Shown: positions 1 to 9,758 of the stretch, piece after piece
Position numbering within the stretch: position 1 is the stretch's first letter
How the letters are laid out: the number at the start of each line of letters is the position of its first letter
Position numbers and translations under genes: made by a program
Source: Candidatus Latescibacterota bacterium
Lineage (GTDB): Bacteria > Latescibacterota > UBA2968 > UBA8231
NCBI GenBank assembly: GCA_965223905.1
Contig: CBDCXV010000009.1
Coordinates: forward strand, 593,106-625,105
DNA: 32,000 nucleotides
Direction of reading: 5' to 3'
The notes under the pieces: generated by a model
Databases searched by the model: none
The model's input: only the letters and a program-made list of their open reading frames with translations
What the model was told of the DNA's origin: nothing

Positions 1-573
1 GTGTCTTCGGCGCCGCACCTTCTGCTGCGGACCGTGGTGTCTCGCTGCCAGCGACTCGACCTGCGTCCGCTGAGCACGGCCGAGTTGGCCAAGCGCCTGA
101 GGGAGCGGGGCGTCGACTCGTACCGCGCCGAGCTGGCGGCGCGTATCGGCGCCGGGAGTGTCCGACGCGCCGACGCCGTTATAGATCACGCCGCAGAATT
201 CCAGGAGCGGCGCAATCGGGTGGAGCGCTTCCTGCAGGCGGGATTTCAACAGGAGGACGGCGCCTATTGGGCTGCACTCGAAGAGCTGGGAGCGCGCGCC
301 GACCGCGGACAGCTCGACAGCTTCCTCGAGATCTGCGGAGTTTACCTGAGAGACCTGTTCCTGATGGGGCAGGGCAGAGCCGAGAACGTCACCAACGCCG
401 ACCGTATCCCGTGGCTGCAACGACAGCTACGGACGCTGAACCTCCCGGCACTGGAGGTGAGCGCCGAACGGCTCGACCGCTCATACGCCGATCTCCACGG
501 CAATATCAACGTACAGCTGCTGCTCGCCGATTTCTGGCAGAGCCTGCGGCGGTGCGCCCGCGCTTCCCGGTAA
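1..573 (+). CDS. holB: DNA polymerase III delta' subunit, C-terminal part (5' end outside window)
   Basis: The ORF is open from base 1. 'TVVSRCQRLDLRPLS' matches the SRC-motif region of clamp-loader delta'/gamma proteins and is followed by a helical C-terminal domain. A complete dnaX lies at 14821, so this is the delta' paralog. TAA stop at 571-573. Confidence 0.6.
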   Translation: MSSAPHLLLRTVVSRCQRLDLRPLSTAELAKRLRERGVDSYRAELAARIGAGSVRRADAVIDHAAEFQERRNRVERFLQAGFQQEDGAYWAALEELGARADRGQLDSFLEICGVYLRDLFLMGQGRAENVTNADRIPWLQRQLRTLNLPALEVSAERLDRSYADLHGNINVQLLLADFWQSLRRCARASR

Positions 574-739
574 TAGTGCCTGCTCCCGCCATCCTCCTTG
601 AATTCGGTCGCAGTTCCATCACTGCGCGAGGGGTTGCACTTGCTCTGTGTGTTCCAACCATTACCATGGTTCACGCCACTCGCGGACCGTGGGCATCACT
701 TTCGGCAGGTAGGCGGACCAACGTTCGTGAGCACTGTCG

Positions 740-1615
740 ATGAATCGACGCGCGGCAAGGAGGCGATACGGCCAACATTTCCTCGTCGACGCCAGCGCCG
801 CAAGGCGGATCGTCGAACTGGTGCAGCCCCGGGAGGGGGACCTAGTGCTGGAGGTGGGACCCGGGACCGGAGCACTGACACGGGGCCTCGTCAGGCGCTT
901 CGACCGCGTCGTCGCCGTGGAAATAGATCGCGACCTTGCCGCCCGGCTCTCCCGGTTGGCAGGCGAGGGTTTTGTCCTCGTTACCGAGGATGTTCTTGAG
1001 ATCGACTTCGTCGATCTGCTGTTGAAGGAAGGTCGCCGCAAGCTGTGCGTCGTGGGAAACCTGCCGTACAACATATCCGCGCCGTTCCTGTTCAAACTGC
1101 GGGAAAACGCGCGTCTGGTATCCTCGGCGGTGCTTACGCTGCAGCGCGAGGTCGGCCAGCGGCTTGCCGCAAATCCCGGATCGAAGACATACGGAGCGCT
1201 AACCGTGATGCTGCACCTTTGGTGCCGCTCACGCACCGTTCTGCAGCTGCCACCGCAGGCGTTCAGGCCCCGCCCACAAGTACAGTCCTGCGTGCTGCAG
1301 CTGGAATTCAGCGACCGTCCTCGCCTGGAATTGTTCAGCGAAGCGATGTTCGAGGGACTGGTGCGGGCTGCGTTCGGCCAGCGGCGCAAGATGCTGCGTA
1401 ACGCCCTGCAACCATGGTGGGCTTCGCTTGCGGCCAGCGGCGAAACCTCCTTGGCGGAAGTCGCCGAGAACGCCGGCATCGACCTCAGTCTGCGCGCCGA
1501 AGCGCTGACTCCTACGGACTTCGCCGCCTTCAGCAACGCCATCAAGCAATGTGTCGACACCGAGGCCGGCGGCGATGCACAGGATTTGCCGGCCGCCACG
1601 CCCGCCACCGGATGA
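740..1615 (+). CDS. rsmA: 16S rRNA (adenine1518/1519-N6)-dimethyltransferase RsmA/KsgA
   Basis: N-terminus 'RRYGQHFLVD' and SAM-binding 'LEVGPGTGALT' are the KsgA/Erm family signatures. Length is 291 aa. Confidence 0.9.
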   Translation: MNRRAARRRYGQHFLVDASAARRIVELVQPREGDLVLEVGPGTGALTRGLVRRFDRVVAVEIDRDLAARLSRLAGEGFVLVTEDVLEIDFVDLLLKEGRRKLCVVGNLPYNISAPFLFKLRENARLVSSAVLTLQREVGQRLAANPGSKTYGALTVMLHLWCRSRTVLQLPPQAFRPRPQVQSCVLQLEFSDRPRLELFSEAMFEGLVRAAFGQRRKMLRNALQPWWASLAASGETSLAEVAENAGIDLSLRAEALTPTDFAAFSNAIKQCVDTEAGGDAQDLPAATPATG

Positions 1616-3567
1616 CGTTGTTTCGACATCGGATGTACGGGGTTCTTCTCGCCTTTTTTCTGTGGCTGTCACCTGCCATTTGCGCCGGGGCCGAGACCTA
1701 CAGCCTGTCGTTCAGCTCGGCCAGCGGGCGCATGAGTTGGAACCCCACTTTTCCAGGGTGGTCCTACTCGGCCCCAGTCGCTTTTTCCGCGGCCGGCGAT
1801 TCGACTTCGATGCTGCGCCTGAACGCTTCGGCGTCGCTGAGGGCGAGCGTCTTCCCCCGTGACGGGCGTCAGAACCTGCAGGAAAACGGAAGGGTCGGCA
1901 CCACTGTGAGCTACCCCATTCTTGGGCCAAAGGCGACGATAAGCGTCAGCGGCTCGATTTCGAGCCGCAGCGCCGCCCTGGTCAAGCAGAAGACGAGAAG
2001 CCAGTCGATCGGATTCGGCTTCGGGTATCAACCGCTGATAAAGTCAGACGGGGCTTTCCGCTCGATGCGGGTGAATCTGAGACCCGGGTTCATCACGGCC
2101 GGCAAGGCGAGCCGCGCCAATCCCGACAGTACGATAGAGGAGCGAGGGCTGCAGTACAACGCTTCCCTCAACATGTCGCCCGGCTGGGATATTGCGGACA
2201 AAAAGCTCAGCACCTCGTTCGGTCTCACCAAGCAGGACAACACCCTGAAGAGCAACAAGAACAAGAACGAGAGCATGAGATTCAGCACGAGGTACACCTT
2301 TCCGAAGGGCGTCAGGGCGAATTTATCGGCCGGGGAGAGTCGCTCTCAGCGAGGGTTGACGCGAAGGGTCATCCTCGAAGAAAAAGAGGGAGATTTCGTT
2401 TCCAGGGATATCACGGAGCAGGCCGAGCTGTCGGAGACACGGAGCCGGAATTTTTCGACGACCCTCAAGGCAGAGGTCATGGGCTTCGACTTTTCTGCAG
2501 GACAGAGATGGCGCAGGTCGAAGAACACCAACACGGCCAATGCCGACGAGGATTTGCCCAATCCCTATTTCGCCAAGGACCGCGAGAGCGAAAGGTGGGA
2601 GTACGACGTGAGCGCCAAAGGTGAGTTGCCAGGCAATCTCGTCGGCAGCACGTCAGTGAAGTACAAGACCAGCGACGAGCGTCGCCTTCCGGTTACGCGG
2701 AGCAGCGGACTCGTCTCCCGCGACGTCACCGGCGACCGCGACGACCGCCATCTGTTTCTTCGCGGCTTGCTCGACTGGCAGCCCAGCGAGGATCACGGCA
2801 TGACTTTGTCCGGGTCGTCGCGGGTGATCCGCAGCGACAACCCGGGTGAACCGGAACAGGACCGGGACACCTTCAACAACAGCGCCAGCCTGCGCTACCG
2901 CGGCCGTTTCGACAGCGGCCTCAATCTCAGCGCAAACATCGCCTCGAGCGCCACACATCGCGTCAACCTGCACTCGAGACGCTCCAGCCAGAACCAGCGC
3001 TCCCGCAACCTGAGTTTCAAGGTCAGCCCGAGCTATGAACGCCTGGAAGCCAGGATCAGCCACACCTTTCAAATATCGGCGCGGCGGACTATCTTCGACT
3101 TCGACCGGCAGATCAACCGCAGCGTCCTCGCACGTCGTAGCATTATCAGCCGCTCGTGGTCGATGGCCCATACCCTGGCGCGCTCCATAATCGACAACCT
3201 TTCGCTCAACGTAACCTACAGATACAGGGCCGACGACAGGGGTATTCTGCTCGTCGAAAACTCTTCCCAGATCATCGAAGAGGACAACGCCGCTCACAGG
3301 GTGAGGGTCAGTACACGGTACAAGCCGAGCTCGGCGATGTCGATCGGGACGACCTACGGATATGTCCTGGACCGGAAGTGGCAGTACTTATACACGTCGA
3401 GCGGGAAAGAGCGGGATTTGCGGCGCCGAAATCCACACCGATCCTTTGCCATAAACGCCGAGTTCAATCCCCGCCCCGAAACCAGGATGTCGGCGAGGTT
3501 CAGTCGCGCGCGGCAGCTGAGCGGCACCTTTGACAGCCTTTCCGTTTTGATCAGTCGCCGCGTTTGA
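1612..3567 (+). CDS. Secreted beta-rich protein, probable outer-membrane beta-barrel, family not recognised
   Basis: ATG at 1612 overlaps the rsmA stop (ATGA). An alternative ATG lies at 1633. Signal peptide '[20 protein letters not shown]|ETY'. About 650 aa, Ser/Arg/Asn-rich with alternating hydrophobic patterning. No enzyme motif recognised. Confidence 0.55.
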   Translation: MTLFRHRMYGVLLAFFLWLSPAICAGAETYSLSFSSASGRMSWNPTFPGWSYSAPVAFSAAGDSTSMLRLNASASLRASVFPRDGRQNLQENGRVGTTVSYPILGPKATISVSGSISSRSAALVKQKTRSQSIGFGFGYQPLIKSDGAFRSMRVNLRPGFITAGKASRANPDSTIEERGLQYNASLNMSPGWDIADKKLSTSFGLTKQDNTLKSNKNKNESMRFSTRYTFPKGVRANLSAGESRSQRGLTRRVILEEKEGDFVSRDITEQAELSETRSRNFSTTLKAEVMGFDFSAGQRWRRSKNTNTANADEDLPNPYFAKDRESERWEYDVSAKGELPGNLVGSTSVKYKTSDERRLPVTRSSGLVSRDVTGDRDDRHLFLRGLLDWQPSEDHGMTLSGSSRVIRSDNPGEPEQDRDTFNNSASLRYRGRFDSGLNLSANIASSATHRVNLHSRRSSQNQRSRNLSFKVSPSYERLEARISHTFQISARRTIFDFDRQINRSVLARRSIISRSWSMAHTLARSIIDNLSLNVTYRYRADDRGILLVENSSQIIEEDNAAHRVRVSTRYKPSSAMSIGTTYGYVLDRKWQYLYTSSGKERDLRRRNPHRSFAINAEFNPRPETRMSARFSRARQLSGTFDSLSVLISRRV

Positions 3568-3599
3568 GGCGCCGACTCGAAACCGTTGGAGCTCGTAAA

Positions 3600-4523
3600 A
3601 TGCCGGCAATGCCGAAATCCGAGTGCATATGGATGAACGGCGAGTGGGTCCCCTGGGACGATGCCAACATCCACGTCCTCTCTCATGTCGTGCATTACGG
3701 ATCCAGTGTATTCGAGGGAATCCGCTGTTACGCGACCCGAAGGGGTGCGGCCGTATTTCGCCTGCAGGACCACGTCGATCGCCTCTACGACTCCGCCAAG
3801 ATCTACCGCATGGAGATACCATACACGCGCGAGGAGTTCTGGGAGGCGATTCTGGAAACTATTCGACGGAACAGGCTCGACGCCTGCTACATCAGGCCCA
3901 TCGTCTACCGCGGCTACGGCTCGCTCGGAGTCGATCCCTTCACCTGTCCCGTAGACTCCGTGATCGCGGTCTGGGAGTGGGGAGAGTACCTGGGGGAGGA
4001 GGCCCTGGCCAAGGGGGTTTCGGTCTGCACCTCCTCTTGGAGCCGCATGGGGCCGAACACCTTTCCCTTTCTCGCCAAGGCGGGCGGCAACTACCTGAAC
4101 TCGCAGCTGGTGCGCATGGAGGCGAACGCGAACGGCTACGACGAGGGTATCGTGCTCGGCCCCGACGGCCTGGTCAGCGAGGGCAGCGGAGAGAACATCT
4201 TCGCCGTCCGCAACGGCCGCATCTACACGCCGGCCTCCAGCTACTCGATCCTTCCGGGGATCACCAGGCACACGGCGATCGCCATGGCGCGAGACCTCGG
4301 GATGCAGGTGGAGGAACGGGGGATACCGCGGGAATTCCTGTACATCGCCGACGAGCTGTTTTTTACCGGAACGGCGGCGGAGATCTCGCCCATACGGGCG
4401 GTGGACAAAGTGGAAATCGGTGACGGTCGATGCGGCCCGATTACGAAAAAGCTGCAGGATCTGTTTTTCCAGATTGTCAACGCCAGGACCGAGGACCGCC
4501 ACCAGTGGCTGACATTCCTGTAG
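3600..4523 (+). CDS. ilvE: Branched-chain amino acid aminotransferase (class IV PLP)
   Basis: '[35 protein letters not shown]' is near-identical in pattern to the E. coli IlvE N-terminus. The start is chosen at ATG 3600 (307 aa), although the ORF opens at 3564. TAG stop. Confidence 0.9.
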   Translation: MPAMPKSECIWMNGEWVPWDDANIHVLSHVVHYGSSVFEGIRCYATRRGAAVFRLQDHVDRLYDSAKIYRMEIPYTREEFWEAILETIRRNRLDACYIRPIVYRGYGSLGVDPFTCPVDSVIAVWEWGEYLGEEALAKGVSVCTSSWSRMGPNTFPFLAKAGGNYLNSQLVRMEANANGYDEGIVLGPDGLVSEGSGENIFAVRNGRIYTPASSYSILPGITRHTAIAMARDLGMQVEERGIPREFLYIADELFFTGTAAEISPIRAVDKVEIGDGRCGPITKKLQDLFFQIVNARTEDRHQWLTFL

Positions 4524-4533
4524 AAAGAGGGCG

Positions 4534-6384
4534 GTGAAAAGCCGCGCGAATCCGGCGGTGTTCCCTCTTTTCACGGCGGCGCTGATCGTCTCCCCCGAGG
4601 TCTTCGGAGACGAGTGGGAGGAGGTGCAACGGATCCTCGCAGGCACCCGGGATATCGTCGTCCTCGACGGTGTGGAGACGGCTCCGGTGCGCTACACGGG
4701 CACGGCGGCACCGGAGTACGGGGACTGGCTGGTGCGCCATTTTCTGTCGGATCCGGAAAGCTTCAACCCGTACACCTCGAGCGATGCCGGCGCCTCCAGC
4801 GTGCGGGACTACATCTTCGAATCGCTGCTGTTGGCAGGGCGGGAACCGCCTTACGCACTCGAAGGACTGATCGCGGAAAGGTACCCCGAAGTCGGCGGCG
4901 ATCACCTGAAGTACACCTTCGATATCCGCGAGGGGGTCCATTTTTCCGACGGAAAACCGCTGACAGTCGCCGATGTCCTCTTCAGCATGAAGGTGATTCA
5001 GCATCCCGAGGTGCTGGCGCCCCATCTGCGAAACTACTACGCCTCGGTCAGCGACGTTCGTGTCGAGGGAGAATCTCGCATCTCCTTCTTCTGCAAGGAG
5101 CCGTATTTCCGCAACGACCTGATGCTGGGGAGTTTCAGCATCATCCCGAAGCACTTCTACGATTACGATGGCCTTCTCGATCAGGTCTCCATCAGCAGCC
5201 TGATAGACGGAACCTGGGAGCAGGGTGAGTACGCCGGGGAGGCGCGGGCGTTTGCCCGGGGCTTCAACCGGGACTTCAACCGCGCGGTGCTCGGGTCCGG
5301 GCCCTACCTCGTAGAGGACTTCGAGCGCGACGTCGTCACCCAGCAGAAGGTCGTTCTCACGCGCAACCGGAACTACTGGGCCCGGGACAAGGGAATCGTT
5401 CCGGTATCCGGGTATGTCGACAAAATCGTCTTCAATGTCATCAACAACACCGATGCAGCTTTTATAGAGCTGACCAACGGCAACCTCGACATGTACGGTC
5501 TGCGGCCCCTGGAGTTCAAAGAAAAGAGCTGGACTCCGGGGTTCCGCCAGCGGTTCCTGAAGGTCATCCAGTACGGAGGCGGCTTCACCTATATCGGGTG
5601 GAACAACGCTCACCCCCTGTTTCGCGACAGACGGGTGCGCCAGGCAATGAGCTTGCTAACCGACCGCCAAAGCATGATCGACAACCTGCTGTTCGGCCTG
5701 GGTGAGCCTGTGGCAGGACCCATCCACAAGTTTCGCCCCGAGTACAATCACGACCTCGAGCTCTACCCGTACGATCCCGAGCGCGCACTCGATTTTCTGG
5801 AGGAGGCCGGCTGGGAGGATGCGGATGACGACGGCATCCTCGACAAGGTGATCGACGCCGAGAGGGTGCCGTTCGAATTCGAATTCCTGGTCAACTCGGG
5901 TAACCAGATTCGCAAGGACATCGCCCTGATCATGCAAAGCGAGCTGCAGGATATCGGCATCGACTGCCAGGTTCGCGAGCTCGACTGGTCGATTTTCCTG
6001 CAACGTGTCCGCAGCCGCGATTTCGCCGCGATGACGCTGGGGTGGACGGGGTACGTGCGCTTTCCACCTGACGGGTACCAGGTCTGGCACTCCTCCCAGG
6101 TCGATAGCGGCTCCAACTATATCGGATTCATCAACGCCGAAGTGGATGACATACTCGAGTCCTACCGGCGCGAGTTCGACCCCGCAAGGCGCATAGCGCT
6201 GTATCACCGCTTCCAGGAGATCCTGCATGAAGAACAGCCGTATACGTTTCTGTGGAAGGGAAGGAACGCACTGGCGTACAGCCGCCGTTACCAGGGCGTC
6301 AACTGGTACCCGGGAGGGGACCGCTCGAGTATCGCCGAGAACTCGCTGGAGTGGTGGGTGCGCGCCGAGGACCGCCAGTATTGA
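4534..6384 (+). CDS. ABC transporter substrate-binding protein, family 5 (peptide/nickel, OppA/DppA-like)
   Basis: GTG start preceded by 'agaggg'. The 616-aa size and general sequence pattern (e.g. 'YGGGFTYIGWNN') look like family-5 solute-binding proteins. Two Opp/Dpp-type permeases lie downstream. Confidence 0.8.
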   Translation: MKSRANPAVFPLFTAALIVSPEVFGDEWEEVQRILAGTRDIVVLDGVETAPVRYTGTAAPEYGDWLVRHFLSDPESFNPYTSSDAGASSVRDYIFESLLLAGREPPYALEGLIAERYPEVGGDHLKYTFDIREGVHFSDGKPLTVADVLFSMKVIQHPEVLAPHLRNYYASVSDVRVEGESRISFFCKEPYFRNDLMLGSFSIIPKHFYDYDGLLDQVSISSLIDGTWEQGEYAGEARAFARGFNRDFNRAVLGSGPYLVEDFERDVVTQQKVVLTRNRNYWARDKGIVPVSGYVDKIVFNVINNTDAAFIELTNGNLDMYGLRPLEFKEKSWTPGFRQRFLKVIQYGGGFTYIGWNNAHPLFRDRRVRQAMSLLTDRQSMIDNLLFGLGEPVAGPIHKFRPEYNHDLELYPYDPERALDFLEEAGWEDADDDGILDKVIDAERVPFEFEFLVNSGNQIRKDIALIMQSELQDIGIDCQVRELDWSIFLQRVRSRDFAAMTLGWTGYVRFPPDGYQVWHSSQVDSGSNYIGFINAEVDDILESYRREFDPARRIALYHRFQEILHEEQPYTFLWKGRNALAYSRRYQGVNWYPGGDRSSIAENSLEWWVRAEDRQY

Positions 6385-6385
6385 G

Positions 6386-7427
6386 ATGACGGATACCCGG
6401 GGAACCGCAAGGAATCGGCGAAGGGCGGCGTTGGCCCTGCTGTGTCTCGCCGCGGGGATCGCGCTCGGCTGCCAGGGATCGGCCCTCACGGGGGCGAAAC
6501 TGTACCTGAAGCAGGGGGATCCGGAGAAGGCGAAAGAGCAACTGATGCTGGCTCTCGAAAGCGAGCCGGAGCACCCGGAGGTTCATTTCCTGCTGGGACG
6601 GATCTACGGCGAGCAGGGGGAATACGCGACGATGTCCGAGTCGTTCGACCGGTCGCTCGAACTATCGGAGGACTTCCGCCCTCAAATAGAACAGCTCCGT
6701 CGCCAGTATTGGACGCGCTTGTATAACGGGGGGGTCGAGCGCGCTACCGCTGAGTTCCCGGATTTCAGCGCGGCCGCGGCATCGTTCAAGCTGGCGACGA
6801 CAGTCGACCCGGAACCCCTCGACGCCTGGCGCAATCTCGCCTACTCGCACTACCGCCTGCGCGATCTGGACGGCGCCATACAGGCTTACGAGTTCGTGGC
6901 CGCCAGGGCCCCGGAGGACAGTTCGACCTTCCACAGCCTCGGGATGCTCTATCTCGAGAAGGGGGATCTCAGGCTCCGCGGAGCGCACCTTCGAGCAGCT
7001 GCTCGAGTCCAATCCCCGGCACCTGGGAGCCCTGAACAGCCTGGCTTCCGTCTACATGGACAACGAGCGATACGGCGACGCCGAGGCCGCTTTCGGAAGG
7101 GCGCTCGAGGCGGCTCCCGATGTCTGGCAGACGCACTTCAACCTCGGCAATCTCTACTGGAAACAGGATCGCTTCGACGGCGCCCGCGACGCCTATCTCC
7201 GGGCACTGGAGCTGAATCCGGACGACATCGATACCCGCTTCAACCTCGCCGTCACCTACCTCGCTCTCGAGAGTACGGACGAGGCCCTGCCCCATCTCGA
7301 GGAGCTGTCGCGGCGGACCCCCGACAACGCCACCGTCTGGCGCGAGCTCGGTCGTGTCTATGCCCTCCAGGAGCGCATCGAAGAAAGCGAAGCCGCCTAC
7401 GACACCGCCGCAGCCCTCGAAGAGTGA
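6386..7427 (+). pseudogene. TPR-repeat lipoprotein interrupted by an apparent single-nucleotide insertion (frame change near 6961-6975)
   Basis: ATG at 6386 lies 1 nt after the binding-protein stop. Signal/lipobox-like 'ALLCLAAGIALGC'. TPR repeats read in frame 2 up to 'LGMLYLEKGDL', then continue in frame 0 as 'AERTFEQLLESNPRHLGALNSLASVYMDNERYGDAEAAF...'. Removing one base restores canonical TPR spacing (G8, Y11, A20, F24, L27, P32). Confidence 0.7.
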
Positions 7428-7489
7428 CCTGAGAAGCGGTCCATTCCCCGACCCCGTGGCACTGCCAGCGGCGCGGCGATGATCGGGAA

Positions 7490-8593
7490 ATGATCCAGTA
7501 CACGATTCAGCGTCTTCTGCTGGCGATCCCGACACTCGTTGGGATCACCGTCATTTCGTTCCTGATCATGCACCTCGCCCCGGGAGACCCGGTGGACCTC
7601 TTCCTGGGGGGGGCTGCCAGCGGAGAGGGGCTGTCCACCGACCAGCGGGACCAATTGGAGCGAACCCGCGCCGACCTTCGCCGGCAACTGGGACTCGACC
7701 GTCCGTTGTACGAACAGTACGCCCGCTGGATGTCGCGCCTTGTGCTCTCCGTCGAGACCGTCGAAACGGGGGAATACGACGGCGCCGGGATCCTGCTCTA
7801 CGAGGGTTCGGGGGTGCGGCTCGCAACCCTGGATTTCGGCCGTTCCTTCAAGGATCAGCAGCCGGTCATAGAGCACATAGCCACCCGCCTGCCGATCACC
7901 GTCGAGATCGGCGTCATCAGTCTCGTCGTCGCCTACCTCATCGGGGTCCCGCTCGGAGTTCTGTTGGCTTCCAGGCAGGACAGCACGCTCGATCGCGCCC
8001 TCACCGCCGGCACCTTCATGCTGTGGTCGATGCCGTCGTTCTGGGTCGGGATGCTGTTCATCATGTTTCTCTGCAACGAGGAGTTCCTGCACTGGTTTCC
8101 GGCATCCGGTATCGTCTCGCTCGAGGCATCCGGAGAGTGGGGGTTCTGGCGGATCCTGAAAGATCACGCCCACCACATGGTGCTTCCGGTGCTGGCCTCG
8201 TCGTACGCCAGCTTTGCCGGTATCTCGCGCTACATGCGAACAAGCATGCTCGAGAACATCCGCCTCGACTATGTGCGCACGGCGCGGGCCAAGGGATTGG
8301 CGGAGCGCTTGGTGCTCCTGCGCCACGTCCTCCGCAACTCGCTCATTCCGATCGTGACCTTGATGGCCGGGCTGCTTCCCGGGCTGATCGCCGGATCGGT
8401 GTTCATCGAGACGATCTTCACGATTCCCGGGCTGGGTTTCCTCGGGTTCCAGTCCGTCATCGTACGCGACTACCCGATGGTCATGGCGATTCTCACCATC
8501 GGATCGGCGCTGTCGCTGTTCGGCATTCTAGCCGCCGACGTGCTTCTGAAGGCGATCGACCCGCGCATCGATTTCTCCCGGGTGCCAGGGTAG
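7490..8593 (+). CDS. ABC transporter permease, OppB/DppB-like
   Basis: N-terminus 'MIQYTIQRLLLAIPTLVGITVISFLIMHLAPGDPV' is typical of DppB/OppB. The protein is multi-TM and carries an EAA-like region 'VRTARAKGL'. Confidence 0.85.
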   Translation: MIQYTIQRLLLAIPTLVGITVISFLIMHLAPGDPVDLFLGGAASGEGLSTDQRDQLERTRADLRRQLGLDRPLYEQYARWMSRLVLSVETVETGEYDGAGILLYEGSGVRLATLDFGRSFKDQQPVIEHIATRLPITVEIGVISLVVAYLIGVPLGVLLASRQDSTLDRALTAGTFMLWSMPSFWVGMLFIMFLCNEEFLHWFPASGIVSLEASGEWGFWRILKDHAHHMVLPVLASSYASFAGISRYMRTSMLENIRLDYVRTARAKGLAERLVLLRHVLRNSLIPIVTLMAGLLPGLIAGSVFIETIFTIPGLGFLGFQSVIVRDYPMVMAILTIGSALSLFGILAADVLLKAIDPRIDFSRVPG

Positions 8594-8600
8594 GTCCAGG

Positions 8601-9665
8601 GTGGGAACTCCGCGACAGACAGCAGAAGGCGCCCGTGCCGACCAATCATTCTCCAACGCGGCCAGCCTGTCCTACAGCCGTTTCGTCATCCGGCAGTTCG
8701 CCAGGAACCGGGTGGCGGTATGGGCATCATTCGGCATCGCCGCCCTGGCGCTGGTAGCGGTCGCCGCCGATCTGATTGCCGGAAACAAGCCGTATTACAT
8801 GAAGTACCGCGGAGAGACGTATTTCCCCGCCTTTCGCCAGTACGCCGTTCACGCCGGACTGATGGAATGGCCGCCGGAGCTGAGGCGCAGGCGCAACCTG
8901 AAGAGGTTGAAGGTCGAAGCCGCCCTGTTTCCGCCGATTCCGTACGGCCCGGGGGAGATCCGGCTCGGGGAGAAATACCAGGAGCCGGGAACCGAGCACT
9001 GGCTCGGAACCGATCGTCTGGGGCGAGACGTGCTGTCCGGGTTGATTCACGGGTGCCGCTATGCCCTGGTCATCGGCCTGGTGTCCGTAGGCATCTCGTT
9101 GATCGTCGGGGTTGTGCTCGGCGCCTTGGCCGGGTACTTCGGGGGATGGCTCGATCTGCTGTTGTCCCGGTTCTTCGAACTCTGGGCGGCCATTCCGGCG
9201 ATATTCCTGATCATTGCAGTCGCCGCCTTCTTCCCGCCCAACCTGTTCTTCATCATGGTCATCATCGGACTGATGAACTGGGTGCCGATCGCCCGCCTGA
9301 CCCGCTCGCAGTTCCTACAGGTGCGCAGCTTCGACTACGTCGCCGCGGCGAGATCGCTGGGTTGCTCGAGCCGCCGCATCATGGTACGGCATATCCTGCC
9401 CAATGCGATCGCACCGGTCCTGATACCGGCCGCCTTCGGCATTGCGGGTGCCATCCTCGCCGAATCGGGGCTCAGTTTTCTCGGCATCGGGGTCCCGGCG
9501 GAGGCGATCACCTGGGGGTCCATTCTCGCCGGAGCCCGCAGCAATGCCTCCGCCTGGTGGCTGGTGGTGGTGCCGGGAATGGCGATTTTCGCGACGGTGA
9601 CGATGTACAACCTGCTAGGCGACGGCCTGCGGGACGCCCTCGATCCGAAGATGCGCGGGGACTGA
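8601..9665 (+). CDS. ABC transporter permease, OppC/DppC-like
   Basis: GTG start. 'HWLGTDRLGRDVLSGLIHG' is the OppC/DppC N-terminal signature. The protein is multi-TM and carries an EAA-like region 'AAARSLG'. Confidence 0.85.
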   Translation: MGTPRQTAEGARADQSFSNAASLSYSRFVIRQFARNRVAVWASFGIAALALVAVAADLIAGNKPYYMKYRGETYFPAFRQYAVHAGLMEWPPELRRRRNLKRLKVEAALFPPIPYGPGEIRLGEKYQEPGTEHWLGTDRLGRDVLSGLIHGCRYALVIGLVSVGISLIVGVVLGALAGYFGGWLDLLLSRFFELWAAIPAIFLIIAVAAFFPPNLFFIMVIIGLMNWVPIARLTRSQFLQVRSFDYVAAARSLGCSSRRIMVRHILPNAIAPVLIPAAFGIAGAILAESGLSFLGIGVPAEAITWGSILAGARSNASAWWLVVVPGMAIFATVTMYNLLGDGLRDALDPKMRGD

Positions 9666-9758
9666 TTCCGGCAAAGGGGGCTGGCGGCGGCCGGTCCGGC
9701 CTGATATCCAGAATCTGTCCCGGATGCAGGTGGAAGATCCACCAGGGGTGGAAGCGGC

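Noticed and set aside
6227-6385. The ORF-track start at 6227 for the TPR protein, which would overlap the binding-protein gene by about 160 nt.
   Set aside because: The upstream part is merely the open alternative frame of the binding-protein gene. ATG 6386, followed by a signal/lipobox sequence, is the credible start.
9666-9758. Bidirectional terminator between the convergent permease and decarboxylase genes (GGCCGG-T-CCGGCC at about 9688-9700; GGTGGA-AGA-TCCACC at about 9729-9743).
   Set aside because: The first palindrome leaves essentially no loop. Neither hairpin is followed by a T or A tract. The evidence is too weak to annotate as a terminator.
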